In this document: one piece after another, positions 11,991 to 25,963 of the stretch
How positions within the stretch are numbered: the stretch's first letter is position 1
Layout: each line of letters begins with the position of its first letter
Assembly (NCBI GenBank): GCA_014879735.1
Contig: JACSRN010000132.1
Coordinates: 81,102 to 145,101, forward strand
Source of the DNA: Paracoccaceae bacterium
GTDB lineage: Bacteria; Pseudomonadota; Alphaproteobacteria; Rhodobacterales; Rhodobacteraceae
Direction of reading: 5' to 3'
DNA length: 64,000 bases
Position numbers and translations under genes: made by a program
The notes under the pieces: model-generated
Database searches by the model: none
Told to the model about the DNA's origin: nothing
Seen by the model: the letters and a program-made list of their open reading frames with translations, nothing else

Positions 11991-13054
11991 ATGCCTCAGC
12001 GCCCGACAAACCCGAACCGCGGTTGACCTCGCTGTCCCATGGCGGCGGCTGCGGCTGCAAGATCGCCCCCGGCGTGCTGTCGGGCATCCTGCGCGCCACC
12101 CCCGGCCTGCCGGTGCCCGAAGAATTGCTGGTCGGCATCGAGACCTCGGACGATGCCGCGGTCTGGCGGTTGAACGACCGGCAGGCGTTGGTCGCCACCA
12201 CCGATTTCTTCATGCCCATCGTCGACGACCCGCACGACTTCGGCCGGATCGCGGCAACCAATGCGATTTCCGATGTCTATGCCATGGGCGGCACGCCGAT
12301 CCTGGCGCTGGCGCTGGTGGGCATGCCGATTGGCGTCCTCTCGGTCGAGACCATCGGCCGCATCCTGTCGGGCGGGGCCGAGGCCTGCCGGGTGGCCGGC
12401 ATTCCCATCGCGGGGGGCCACACCATCGATTCGGTCGAGCCGATCTACGGCCTTGTCGCGCTAGGCCTGGTCGATCCCGCGCTGGTCAAGAAAAACGCCG
12501 GCGCCCGTCCCGGCGACGTGCTGATCCTGGGCAAGCCCATCGGCGTCGGCATCTATTCCGCCGCGCTGAAGAAGGAAGTCTTGTCCGCCGAAGACTATGG
12601 CCGGATGATCGCCACCACGACGCGGCTGAACACCCCCGGGCCCGATCTGGCCCGTCTGCCGGGCGTTCATGCGCTGACCGATGTCACCGGGTTTGGCTTG
12701 GCCGGGCATGCGCTGGAAATGATGCGCGGCGCGGGCTGCGATGTCATGCTGGACTGGGCCGCCGTGCCGGTCCTGCCCGGCGTGCGCGAGTTGATGGCGC
12801 AGGGCCTTGTCACCGGCGCCTCGGGGCGGAACTGGGCCAGCTATGGCACGGAGGTCACGCTGGACCCGGGCCTGCCGGCCGAAGTCCAGAAGCTGATTAC
12901 CGATCCGCAGACCTCGGGCGGGCTGCTGGTCGCCTGTACTCCCGAGACGGCCGAGGATGTGCTGGCGGTGTTCTCAACCCATGGTTTTGCCGATGCCGCC
13001 GTGGTGGGCCAGGTGGGCGAGGCTGCCACCAGCCCGCGGCTGATCGTCGGATAG
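11987..13054 (+). CDS. selD: Selenide, water dikinase (Cys form)
   Basis: LTSLSHGGGCGCKI, TTDFFMPIVDDP, TDVTGFGLAGH, DPQTSGGLL. Confidence 0.95.
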   Translation: MNASAPDKPEPRLTSLSHGGGCGCKIAPGVLSGILRATPGLPVPEELLVGIETSDDAAVWRLNDRQALVATTDFFMPIVDDPHDFGRIAATNAISDVYAMGGTPILALALVGMPIGVLSVETIGRILSGGAEACRVAGIPIAGGHTIDSVEPIYGLVALGLVDPALVKKNAGARPGDVLILGKPIGVGIYSAALKKEVLSAEDYGRMIATTTRLNTPGPDLARLPGVHALTDVTGFGLAGHALEMMRGAGCDVMLDWAAVPVLPGVRELMAQGLVTGASGRNWASYGTEVTLDPGLPAEVQKLITDPQTSGGLLVACTPETAEDVLAVFSTHGFADAAVVGQVGEAATSPRLIVG

Positions 13055-13063
13055 GGGCGGATC

Positions 13064-13408
13064 ATGGCCGATATGGAAGACCGCCCGAAGAAGGAAAAGC
13101 GCCCGCAACAGGTGTACACCCTGATCGTCGAAGTCGGGCGCAAGGCCGGCGACGGCCTGCCTGACAATGCCACCGGCGCGGCGCTGATGTGCTATGCCAG
13201 TGGCGTCGACGAGGCCGAGGCCGTGCGCGAGACCGTGGCGATCCTGAAGGATGCCGATCTTGCGCCGCTGGAGGTGCAGGGCCTGGGGACGCTCGACGAA
13301 CGCCGCAAGGCGGGCGAAGAGATCGATGCCGCGGAAGAGGCACTCATGGCGCGTGCGCTTGCGGAGAACTCTGTCATCGTCGCACAGATGACCCCCTTTC
13401 ACGATTGA
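13064..13408 (+). CDS. Hypothetical protein (114 aa)
   Basis: Clean ORF with GGGG RBS, packed between selD and dapE; globular composition. Confidence 0.7.
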   Translation: MADMEDRPKKEKRPQQVYTLIVEVGRKAGDGLPDNATGAALMCYASGVDEAEAVRETVAILKDADLAPLEVQGLGTLDERRKAGEEIDAAEEALMARALAENSVIVAQMTPFHD

Positions 13409-13422
13409 ACCGGACCCTTGCC

Positions 13423-14568
13423 ATGACCACCATCGATCCTGTCGACCTGACCGCCCGGCTGATCCGCTGCAACTCCGTCACCCCGGCCGAGGGCGGGGCG
13501 CTGGTCCTGCTGCAGGAGTTGCTGGAGGATGCCGGCTTCGAATGCCGGCGGGTGGATCGCAACGGCATTGCCAACCTCTTTGCCCGCTGGGGCAAGAAAG
13601 GGGCGAATCGCAGCTTCGGCTTCAACGGCCATACCGACGTGGTGCCGGCGGGCGATATCGCGGCCTGGACACAGGATCCGTTTGGCGCGGCCATAGTCGA
13701 TGGCTGGATGTATGGTCGCGGAGCCACTGACATGAAATCGGGCGTTGCGGCCTTTGCCGCCGCCGCGGTAGATTTCGTGCGGAACACGCCGCCCGATGGC
13801 GCAGTAATCCTGACGATTACCGGCGATGAGGAAGATGAGGCGAAGGATGGTACCGTCGCCCTGCTGGATTGGATGGCGGGCGAAGGCGAACGAATGACGC
13901 ATTGCCTGGTGGGAGAGCCGACCTGCCCCGAAAGACTGGGCGAGATGATGAAGATCGGGCGCCGTGGCAGCCTGACCTGCCGCTTCACTGCAACCGGCGT
14001 GCAGGGCCATTCCGCCTATCCCCAGCGGGCCAGAAACCCGATGTCGGCGCTGGTCCGCCTTCTTGGCCGGCTTGAGGAAAGGCCGCTTGACGAGGGCACA
14101 GCCCATTTCGACACCTCGACGCTGGCCATCACCACCATCGACTGCGGCAACCCGGCAACGAACGTCATTCCCGCCCGCGGTACGGCCACCGTGAACATCC
14201 GCTTCAACGACGTTCATTCCGGCGACAGCCTGACCAGATGGCTGGAAGACCACGCCGCTGCGGTACAGGCGGAAACGGGGGTGGTGATCGGCTGCGCCAT
14301 CTCGATCTCGGGCGAAAGCTTCGTGACCCCGCCGGGAGAGTTCTCGGCCCTGGTGCGCGATGCGGTCGAGGCGGAAACCGGAATCCGCCCCGACTATTCC
14401 ACCTCGGGCGGCACCTCCGATGCGCGTTTCGTCAGGACGCATTGTCCGGTGGTAGAGTTCGGTCTGGTGGGCAAGACCATGCATCAGGTGGACGAACGGG
14501 TCGAGGTTGCCCAGATCGGCAAGCTGAAGGCGATCTATGGCCGCATCCTGCGGGATTATTTTGCATGA
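13423..14568 (+). CDS. dapE: Succinyl-diaminopimelate desuccinylase
   Basis: [48 protein letters not shown]. Confidence 0.95.
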   Translation: MTTIDPVDLTARLIRCNSVTPAEGGALVLLQELLEDAGFECRRVDRNGIANLFARWGKKGANRSFGFNGHTDVVPAGDIAAWTQDPFGAAIVDGWMYGRGATDMKSGVAAFAAAAVDFVRNTPPDGAVILTITGDEEDEAKDGTVALLDWMAGEGERMTHCLVGEPTCPERLGEMMKIGRRGSLTCRFTATGVQGHSAYPQRARNPMSALVRLLGRLEERPLDEGTAHFDTSTLAITTIDCGNPATNVIPARGTATVNIRFNDVHSGDSLTRWLEDHAAAVQAETGVVIGCAISISGESFVTPPGEFSALVRDAVEAETGIRPDYSTSGGTSDARFVRTHCPVVEFGLVGKTMHQVDERVEVAQIGKLKAIYGRILRDYFA

Positions 14569-14978
14569 TCTGCGTGACCGGCGATCTTGAAACCTGCCTG
14601 GCCCTCCGCCGGCAGGTGTTCATCGAGGAGCAGGGCGTCAGCCTGGAAGAGGATGTCGACGGGCTGGACCCGTCCGCCACCCATTTGCTGGCCATGGTCG
14701 ATGGCCGTCCGGTCGGAACGGCGCGGCTGCTGGAACTGGGCGATACCGGCAAGATCGGCCGGGTCTGCGTCCTGCCCGAGGCGCGAGGCGCCGGCCTTGG
14801 CGCCGCCCTGATCCGCGCCGCGGTCGAAGAGTTTCGCCATCGCCCGGGGATTGCCCGCGTCAAACTCGGCGCCCAGGTTCACGCGCTGGAATTCTACGAG
14901 AAACTGGGCTTCCGCGCCTTCGGCCCGGAATACATGGATGCGGGGATCGCCCATCGCGACATGGCGCTGGCATTGTGA
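14565..14978 (+). CDS. GNAT N-acetyltransferase (ElaA-like)
   Basis: [17 protein letters not shown]...RGAGLG, LGAQVHA..FYEKLGF, DAGIAH; ATGA overlap with dapE. Confidence 0.88.
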   Translation: MICVTGDLETCLALRRQVFIEEQGVSLEEDVDGLDPSATHLLAMVDGRPVGTARLLELGDTGKIGRVCVLPEARGAGLGAALIRAAVEEFRHRPGIARVKLGAQVHALEFYEKLGFRAFGPEYMDAGIAHRDMALAL

Positions 14979-15072
14979 TCCCGGTCGAATCCCGCGGGGC
15001 CGCACAGACCCCCGATTTCGCTGGCACGCGCAAGATTGCGGCGACGGACCGGACCGATGCGCGCCCCGCCGC

Positions 15073-15780
15073 TCAGTCCGGTTGCAGCATGTAGCCCTCG
15101 CCGCGCACGGTCTGCAGATAGCGCGGCGCCTTCGGGTCGTCTTCGATCTTCCGCCGCAGCCGGGTGATCTGCACGTCGACCGCCCGCTCTTGTGCCACAT
15201 CCTCGCGCCCAAGGTCGCCGACCAGTTTCTCGCGGCTGATCGCGGCGCCGGGCGCCTGGGCGAACAGCCGCATCAGCGCGGCCTCGGTCGCTGTCAACCG
15301 GACCGGCTGGTCGCCGCGCCACAACTCGCCCCGCTCCATGTCATAGCGCACGGCGCCCAGATGCAGCACCTTCGGCACCGGATCGGCCGAGGACACCTGC
15401 GGCACCCGCCGCAGGATGGCGTTGATCCGCAGCAAAAGCTCCTTCGGCTCGAAAGGCTTGACCAGATAGTCGTCGGCCCCGGCCTCGAATCCTTCGATGC
15501 GGTTCACCGTCTCGCCCTTTGCCGTCAGCAGCAGGATTGGCGTCTGCATCCGCTGCCGCAGGGCGCGGGTCAGGCTGATCCCGTCTTCGCCCGGCATCAT
15601 GACATCAAGGACGATCAGGTCGAAATCCAGGCCCGACAGCAGCTTGCGCGCCTGCGCCGCATCCCGGGCCACGGTGACGAGATAACCGCTGCGGATCAGG
15701 AACTTCTGCAGCAGACCACGGATCCGCTCGTCGTCATCGACCACCAGAAGATGCGCTTCTCCCGTCCTGACTTCGGTCAT
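15073..15780 (-). CDS. petR: OmpR-family response regulator
   Basis: Receiver domain (VVDDD, LDVMMPG, KPF) plus winged helix (RAVDVQITRLRRKIE); directly downstream of a petP-like gene. Confidence 0.85.
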   Translation of the reverse strand: MTEVRTGEAHLLVVDDDERIRGLLQKFLIRSGYLVTVARDAAQARKLLSGLDFDLIVLDVMMPGEDGISLTRALRQRMQTPILLLTAKGETVNRIEGFEAGADDYLVKPFEPKELLLRINAILRRVPQVSSADPVPKVLHLGAVRYDMERGELWRGDQPVRLTATEAALMRLFAQAPGAAISREKLVGDLGREDVAQERAVDVQITRLRRKIEDDPKAPRYLQTVRGEGYMLQPD

Positions 15781-16277
15781 GCCCCGCTCTCCTTCAGGCG
15801 ATTGTAGGCATGGCGCATATCGGGGTCCATCATCGCCTCCAGGACCTGGCGGAACCCCTGCACCGCTGCCGGCCCGGCTGCGCGGTAGGCGGCCCGCATC
15901 CGCGCCCGCTGCGCATCGGAAAGCTGCCGTTCCAGCGTCTCGCCCTTCTCGGTCAGGAACAGATGCCGTTCGCGCGCATCCTTCCGTCCCTTTTCGCTGC
16001 GGACATGTCCGTCATCGATCAGCGTGCGCAATACCCGATTGAGCGACTGCTTCGTCACCCCCAGGATCGCCAGCAGATTCGAGACGGTCGTACCCGGCGC
16101 ACGGTGAATGAAATGCAGCGCCCGATGATGGGCGCGGCCGTATTCGAGGGTTTCGAGAATGCGGTCGGGATCGGCAGTAAACCCCCGATAGGCAAAGAAC
16201 ATTGCCTCGATGCCCTTCCTCAGCTGCTCGTCCGTCAGGTAGAGCAGACCCTCCCCGCCCGAAGTTTCGGCCATCAT
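15777..16277 (-). CDS. petP: MarR-family regulator
   Basis: LLYLTDEQLRKGIEAMFFAYRGFTADPD, LGVTKQSLNRVL. Confidence 0.8.
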   Translation of the reverse strand: MMAETSGGEGLLYLTDEQLRKGIEAMFFAYRGFTADPDRILETLEYGRAHHRALHFIHRAPGTTVSNLLAILGVTKQSLNRVLRTLIDDGHVRSEKGRKDARERHLFLTEKGETLERQLSDAQRARMRAAYRAAGPAAVQGFRQVLEAMMDPDMRHAYNRLKESGA

Positions 16278-16302
16278 CCGCCTCCCTTTCCGGCAGATTT
16301 AC

Positions 16303-16317
16303 GTCAGCCTTGTTGAC
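16303..16317. promoter_or_regulatory. GTCA-N7-TGAC inverted repeat in the divergent petP/ilvE spacer
   Basis: gtca gccttgt tgac seen directly; an operator role is inference. Confidence 0.4.
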
Positions 16318-16416
16318 TTTCCAAGTCATAAAGCGTAGCCGTTCTGCGGTTTCGCGCAAGATCGTGTCCGGAGCGGACATATCCGGCGCAATATTCACAA
16401 AACGGAGGGCCGGGAT

Positions 16417-17283
16417 ATGGCGGCATATGACAATCGCGACGGATTCATCTGGATGGACGGCAAGCTGGTCCCCTGGCGGGACGCCAATGTCCACATCCTT
16501 ACCCATGCGCTGCATTATGCCTCGGCCGTCTTCGAAGGCGAACGCTGCTACAATGGCAAGATCTTCAAGGGCGTCGAGCATTCCATGCGCCTGCGCAGAT
16601 CGGCCGAGCTGATCGACATGGAAATCCCCTGGTCGGTGCAGGAGATCGAAGCCGCCAAATACGAGATGCTGAAGGCGAACGGCTGGACCGACGCCTATGT
16701 CCGCGCCATCGCCTTCCGCGGCGCCGGCGATGAGATGGGGGTCTCGGCCGTGGGCAACCCGGTGCGTCTGGCGATCGCCGGCTGGGAATGGGGCGCCTAT
16801 TACGGCGATGCCAAGATGAAGGGCGCCAAGCTCGACATCTCGAAATGGCGCCGCCCGGATCCGGCAACCATCCCCTCTGCGGCCAAGGCCGCTGGACTCT
16901 ACATGATCTGCACCATGTCCAAGCATGCCGCGCAGGCCAAGGGCTGCTCGGACGCGCTGATGATGGATTATCGCGGCTATGTGGCCGAAGCGACCGGCGC
17001 CAACATCTTCTTTACCAAGGACGGTGAGGTGCATACCCCGCTGCCCGACTGCTTCCTGAACGGCATCACCCGGCAGACGGTGATCGAACTGCTGCAGCAG
17101 AAGGGCATCAAGGTCCACGAACGCCACATCGACCCCACCGAACTGGCGGATTTCGAACAATGCTGGCTGACGGGAACGGCGGCCGAGGTCACGCCGGTGG
17201 GCCAGATCGGCAGCTTCACCTTCGAGGTCGGCGCCATGGCCCGCGACATCGCCGAAACCTACGAGAAGCTGGTCCGCGCCTGA
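16417..17283 (+). CDS. ilvE: Branched-chain amino acid aminotransferase
   Basis: HALHYASAVFEGER, AKAAGLY, EATGANIF, GITRQTV, GTAAEVTPV. Confidence 0.93.
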   Translation: MAAYDNRDGFIWMDGKLVPWRDANVHILTHALHYASAVFEGERCYNGKIFKGVEHSMRLRRSAELIDMEIPWSVQEIEAAKYEMLKANGWTDAYVRAIAFRGAGDEMGVSAVGNPVRLAIAGWEWGAYYGDAKMKGAKLDISKWRRPDPATIPSAAKAAGLYMICTMSKHAAQAKGCSDALMMDYRGYVAEATGANIFFTKDGEVHTPLPDCFLNGITRQTVIELLQQKGIKVHERHIDPTELADFEQCWLTGTAAEVTPVGQIGSFTFEVGAMARDIAETYEKLVRA

Positions 17284-17301
17284 CCCCGCATATCGCACAA
17301 G

Positions 17302-17330
17302 AAAAGGCCCCGGCGTTTCCGGGGCCTCTC
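17302..17330. terminator. Hairpin between convergent ilvE and ohr
   Basis: aggccccgg-cgttt-ccggggcct preceded by an A run. Confidence 0.65.
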
Positions 17331-17395
17331 CTGCAGCAAAGCGCCAGGTCCCGGCCGCAAGCCCGTTGCCGCGGCAGGACCCATTGATTCCCGGG

Positions 17396-17824
17396 TCAGA
17401 CGACCTCGGTCACGACCTCGATATTGCCCTTCGTCGCATTCGAATAAGGGCAGATGAAATGGCCGCGTTCGGCGATCTTCTCTGCCACGGCGCGATCCAC
17501 GCCCGGCATCTTCACCACCAGCCGCACCGAAAGCCCGAACCCGCCATCCGACCGCGGCCCGATGCCGACATGGGCATTGACAGAGGTGTCGTCCGGCACG
17601 GTTCCCAGTTTTTCGCTCTGCGCGGCAAAACGCATCGCGCCCAGATAGCAGGCGGCATAACCCACCGCGAACAGCTCCTCCGGATTATGCCCCGCGCCCG
17701 ACCCGCCCAGCTCTTTCGGGCTGGTCATGGTGATCGTCAGCTTGCCATCGACCAGCTTCGACAGCCCGTTGCGGCCACCGCCGGTGGCATGGGATTCCGT
17801 CCAGTATTTCACATCGACCGACAT
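17396..17824 (-). CDS. ohr: Organic hydroperoxide resistance protein
   Basis: NPEELFAVGYAACY and HFICPYSNAT. Confidence 0.93.
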   Translation of the reverse strand: MSVDVKYWTESHATGGGRNGLSKLVDGKLTITMTSPKELGGSGAGHNPEELFAVGYAACYLGAMRFAAQSEKLGTVPDDTSVNAHVGIGPRSDGGFGLSVRLVVKMPGVDRAVAEKIAERGHFICPYSNATKGNIEVVTEVV

Positions 17825-17848
17825 CTGCTTCTCCTATCGCTGACGATT

Positions 17849-17920
17849 AAATCGTACACGATTTTTCTATCGATTCCCGCCCCATCAGTCAATCGCTTGC
17901 GCTTTTATCGTGCGCGATAT
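17849..17920. promoter_or_regulatory. Two candidate OhrR operator palindromes
   Basis: AAATCGTACACGATTT (17849-17864) and TTATCGTGCGCGATAT (17905-17920) in the ohr/ohrR divergent spacer. Confidence 0.6.
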
Positions 17921-18365
17921 ATCAAGACCCATGACCCTCGCCCCGGCCGACATGCTGTGCTTCGCGCTCTATTCCACGGCCCATGCCATGCAATCGGCCT
18001 ATGCGCCGCTGCTGGAGCCGCTGGGACTGACCTATCCGCAATACCTTGTCCTTTCCGCCCTCGCAGGCGAAGATGGCCAGACCGTGGGCCGGATCGCTGC
18101 AGCATTGCGGCTCGAATCGAACACCCTTACCCCGCTTCTGAAGCGGATGGAGGCCGCGGGCTGGCTAGCGCGGCGCCGCGATTCGGCGGATGAACGCCAG
18201 GTTCGCCTGACGCTGACGCCCGAGGGCCACACCCTCGCCCGGCAAGCTGCCAGCATTCCCGCCGCCTTCGCCGCGAAGACCGGCCTGTCGCTTTCCGACA
18301 TCCACGATCTGCGCGATATCCTGGTCGACCTGCGCGACCGCCTGAAGCCTCCGGTCAGGGACTGA
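17910..18365 (+). CDS. ohrR: MarR-family regulator OhrR
   Basis: MLCFALYS (redox Cys), LGLTYPQYLVL, TLTPLLKRME; divergent from ohr. The start codon may lie a few codons further in. Confidence 0.88.
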   Translation: MRDISRPMTLAPADMLCFALYSTAHAMQSAYAPLLEPLGLTYPQYLVLSALAGEDGQTVGRIAAALRLESNTLTPLLKRMEAAGWLARRRDSADERQVRLTLTPEGHTLARQAASIPAAFAAKTGLSLSDIHDLRDILVDLRDRLKPPVRD

Positions 18366-18407
18366 CCACTGCAGGTCGATCCGGACGCCGGGACCCCCGA
18401 TCCCGGC

Positions 18408-18581
18408 TCAGACCGTCCGGCCACGCGCGATGCGCAGATATTGTATCAGCCGGTTCGCGCCGCTGGGCGTGTGCGGCCGGTGCCAGGTCGCTCGTCCCTC
18501 GCGCTCGATCCGCAGGAAGGCCCGCATGCGCCCGCCGGCCGATGGTTTGCGCTTGTCTGCCAGATGCCTGCTCATGGTCAT
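18408..18581 (-). CDS. Small Arg-rich hypothetical protein (55-57 aa)
   Basis: Strong GGAGGAG RBS before ATG ACC ATG; fills the queG-ohrR gap. Confidence 0.45.
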   Translation of the reverse strand: MTMSRHLADKRKPSAGGRMRAFLRIEREGRATWHRPHTPSGANRLIQYLRIARGRTV

Positions 18582-18627
18582 CTCCTCCGTTGGGGAAGGA
18601 CAACATATCACGACCCGCCCCGGTTCC

Positions 18628-19674
18628 CTAGCCTCTTGCGTCTCCAGGTTGTGACAGGCGGTCCACCGCCCAGCCCGCCGCATCGGCCACCGCGGGATCG
18701 GCATCGGCGCGCAAGCCTTCGGCCACTGGAATCAAGGCCGGAAGACCGGAATTCCCGATGGCATAAAGCACATTGCGCACCATCCGGTCCCGCCCGATCC
18801 GCTTGATCGGGCTGCCGGCAAAACGCAGGCGAAAGGCCGCGTCGTCCAGCCCGGCCAGATCGGCCAGCTCCGGCACGCCCACCCTTGCCGCATAGCCGAT
18901 CTCCGTCGCGGCAACCGCAAACTTGTTCCAGGGACAGACCGCCAGGCAATCGTCGCAACCATAGATCCGGTTTCCCATCCGCACACGCAGGTCAGCATCG
19001 ACCGGCCCGCGATGTTCGATCGTCAGATAGGAAATGCAGCGCCGTGCATCCAACTGGTAGGGCGCCGGGAAAGCCCCGGTCGGACAGATGTCCAGACAGG
19101 CCCGGCAACTGCCGCAATGATCGACCCCGGGCGTGTCCTTCGCCAGATCCAGCGTGGTGAAGATTGCGCCAAGAAAGAACCACGACCCCAGATCCCGCCC
19201 CACCAGGTTGGTATGCTTGCCTTGCCATCCCAGCCCCGCCGCCTGGGCAAGCGGCTTCTCCATCACCGGCGCGGTATCGACAAAGACCTTGATTTCGCCC
19301 CCCGCCTGATCGAGAAGCCACCGCCCCAACCGTTTCAGCCGCCGCTTCACCAGGTCGTGGTAGTCCTTGCCCTGGGCATAGACCGAGATCACACCCCGAT
19401 CGCGCTGCGCCAGCCCCGCCAGCGGATCGGATTCGGGCGTATAGGCCTCAGCCAGCATGATCACCGACCGCGCCTGCGGCCACAACGCCGCGGCACTGCC
19501 GCGCCAGGCCTCGCGCTCGGCCATCCAGCCCATCTGGCCATGCCGCTCCGCTGCCAGAAAGGCCCGCAACCGCCCGGCTGTCTCAGGCGCGGCATCGGGC
19601 GCGCAGATGCCGGCCCTGGCGAAGCCCTCTTCCATCGCCCGCACCACAAGACGGTCCTTCAGCGACCCGCTCAT
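18628..19674 (-). CDS. queG: Epoxyqueuosine reductase
   Basis: [51 protein letters not shown]. Confidence 0.95.
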   Translation of the reverse strand: MSGSLKDRLVVRAMEEGFARAGICAPDAAPETAGRLRAFLAAERHGQMGWMAEREAWRGSAAALWPQARSVIMLAEAYTPESDPLAGLAQRDRGVISVYAQGKDYHDLVKRRLKRLGRWLLDQAGGEIKVFVDTAPVMEKPLAQAAGLGWQGKHTNLVGRDLGSWFFLGAIFTTLDLAKDTPGVDHCGSCRACLDICPTGAFPAPYQLDARRCISYLTIEHRGPVDADLRVRMGNRIYGCDDCLAVCPWNKFAVAATEIGYAARVGVPELADLAGLDDAAFRLRFAGSPIKRIGRDRMVRNVLYAIGNSGLPALIPVAEGLRADADPAVADAAGWAVDRLSQPGDARG

Positions 19675-19676
19675 GA

Positions 19677-19725
19677 CTTCTTCTCTGCACAAATATCCCC
19701 GGGGGTCCGGGGGCGGCGCCCCCGG
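19677..19725. repeat. Intergenic REP-like stem-loop element, copy 2
   Basis: cttcttctctgc-ac-aaatatccc-cgggggtccggggg-cggcg-cccccgg; near copy of 2577-2629. Confidence 0.75.
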
Positions 19726-19734
19726 CCGCTGCCC

Positions 19735-20400
19735 TCAGAAATCCAGATCGGCATAATGCGCGGGCGGCAGGAATCCCGGCACCTGATCGGCCAGGAGCGG
19801 TCGGAACGACGGGCGCGACTTGATCTTGGCATACCAGTCCTTGATCACCGCATGGCGGTTCCAGTCCACATCCGAGATATAGTCCAGGCTGGAAAGATGC
19901 GCGGCCGCGGTGAAATCCGCCAGCGTCATCTCGTTTCCGGCCAGCCAGCGCCGCTGGTCCAGCAGCCAGGCCATGTAATCGAGGTGATACTTGATCTTCT
20001 GCGCGCCGGATTTGACGTTCTTCGAATCCGGATAGCCTTCCTTCGTGACCTTCTTGTTCACCCGCTCGTACAACAGCTTCGACGTCACCTCGTTGTGAAA
20101 CTTGTCGTCGAACCAGGCGCACAGCCGGCGCACCTCATAGCGGGCATCGGGGTCGCGCGGCATCAGCGCCGGCAGGGGCACGGTTTCCTCGATGAATTCG
20201 CAGATCGCCTGGCTTTCGCTCAGCACCCGGTTCTCCAGCCGCAAGACGGGCACCTTCCCCGCCGGGTTGCGGCGCAGGAAATCCGGCGACGGTTCCCAGT
20301 AGCGCTCCTCGACCAGTTCCACCTCGATGCGTTTTTCCGCAAGCGTCAGGCGCACCTTGCGGCAGAACGGCGAAAGCGGAACGTGATACAGGCGGTTCAT
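19735..20400 (-). CDS. fzlA: GST-family FtsZ-binding protein
   Basis: MNRLYHVPLSPFCRKVRL, NPAGKVPVL, IKSRPSFRPLLAD, HYADLDF. Confidence 0.82.
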   Translation of the reverse strand: MNRLYHVPLSPFCRKVRLTLAEKRIEVELVEERYWEPSPDFLRRNPAGKVPVLRLENRVLSESQAICEFIEETVPLPALMPRDPDARYEVRRLCAWFDDKFHNEVTSKLLYERVNKKVTKEGYPDSKNVKSGAQKIKYHLDYMAWLLDQRRWLAGNEMTLADFTAAAHLSSLDYISDVDWNRHAVIKDWYAKIKSRPSFRPLLADQVPGFLPPAHYADLDF

Positions 20401-20452
20401 CGGCAGGGCTCGATCCAGGTTTCCCCCGTGATAGCGCCGCGATTCCGCTCGA

Positions 20453-21238
20453 TCAACCCGCCCGGTCCTCATCGAAGCAGGCGGCGCGGCCATCGGCGGC
20501 AATCGTCTCGGCGCCCCCGGCGATCTGCCGCGCGCGTTTCTTCACGAAATCCGAGGGTTTCGCGGGGTTGCGGCCCTTCGGATCGGGCAGGACTGCCGCC
20601 AGCCGCGCCGCTTGTGTCGCCGTCAGGTCGCGCGCCTCGACGCCGAAATAGTGGCGCGCCGCGGCCTGCACGCCAAAGATTCCTTCGCCGAACTCCGCCA
20701 CGTTCAGATAGACCTCCAGGATACGCTGCTTGGACCACAGCAGTTCGACCACCGGGGTCAGCGCCGCCTCCATCGCCTTTCGCGCCCAGCTGCGACCCTG
20801 CCAGAGAAAGACGTTCTTCGTCACCTGCTGGCTGATGGTCGAGGCACCACGATTGCCGCCCTGCGCGATCGCCTGGCGGATCGCACCCATGTCAAAGCCC
20901 CAGTGGTTGCAGAAATTCGCATCTTCCGCCGCCACTGCCGCGCGGCCCATGACGGGGGCGATCTCGTCCCAGCCGACCCAATCCTTCTCGATCCCGCCCA
21001 GGCGCAGGCTCTCGCTCAACTGGTAATAGTTGATCGGTGGCGGCACGAAGCTGAACAGCACGATCAACAGCAGGAAGACGGCGATCACGGCCGTCATCGC
21101 CCGCAGGATCCACCGGCGCAGGCGCCGAAAAAACCCCGGCCGCGCCGGCGCCTTGCCGCGGGCGGGTTTCGCACGCGGCTTGCGGGGGGCGCGCCGGGCC
21201 GGTTTCGGTCCCTCGGTCAGATCGGTCTCATCGGCCAT
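20453..21238 (-). CDS. mtgA: Monofunctional peptidoglycan transglycosylase
   Basis: AAEDANFCNHWGFD, GASTISQQVTKN, RKAME, EVYLNVAE. Confidence 0.93.
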   Translation of the reverse strand: MADETDLTEGPKPARRAPRKPRAKPARGKAPARPGFFRRLRRWILRAMTAVIAVFLLLIVLFSFVPPPINYYQLSESLRLGGIEKDWVGWDEIAPVMGRAAVAAEDANFCNHWGFDMGAIRQAIAQGGNRGASTISQQVTKNVFLWQGRSWARKAMEAALTPVVELLWSKQRILEVYLNVAEFGEGIFGVQAAARHYFGVEARDLTATQAARLAAVLPDPKGRNPAKPSDFVKKRARQIAGGAETIAADGRAACFDEDRAG

Positions 21239-21391
21239 GGCGCGACTTAGGCCCGATCCCCGCCATCCGGTCAAGGCCGCAGGACCCGATCGCATGCGAA
21301 GACGTCACGCCGTTCACCCGGGCACCGGGTGACAACCGCTGGCGCGGCGGCCAAGAGCCAGCGGCGGCCGGGCCGACAGATTTCCGTTGGC

Positions 21392-21420
21392 GAAAAGGCC
21401 CCCGCAAAAGGGGCCTTTCC
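21392..21420 (-). terminator. Rho-independent terminator after gltB
   Basis: Minus strand: aaaggcccc-ttttgcg-ggggcc-tttt, immediately after the stop. Confidence 0.7.
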
Positions 21421-21421
21421 T

Positions 21422-25960
<4,539 letters not shown>

Positions 25961-25963
25961 GGC

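Noticed and set aside
10935-13054. Selenocysteine recoding in selD or mnmH
   Set aside because: Both ORFs are open with Cys codons at the catalytic positions; there is no in-frame TGA.
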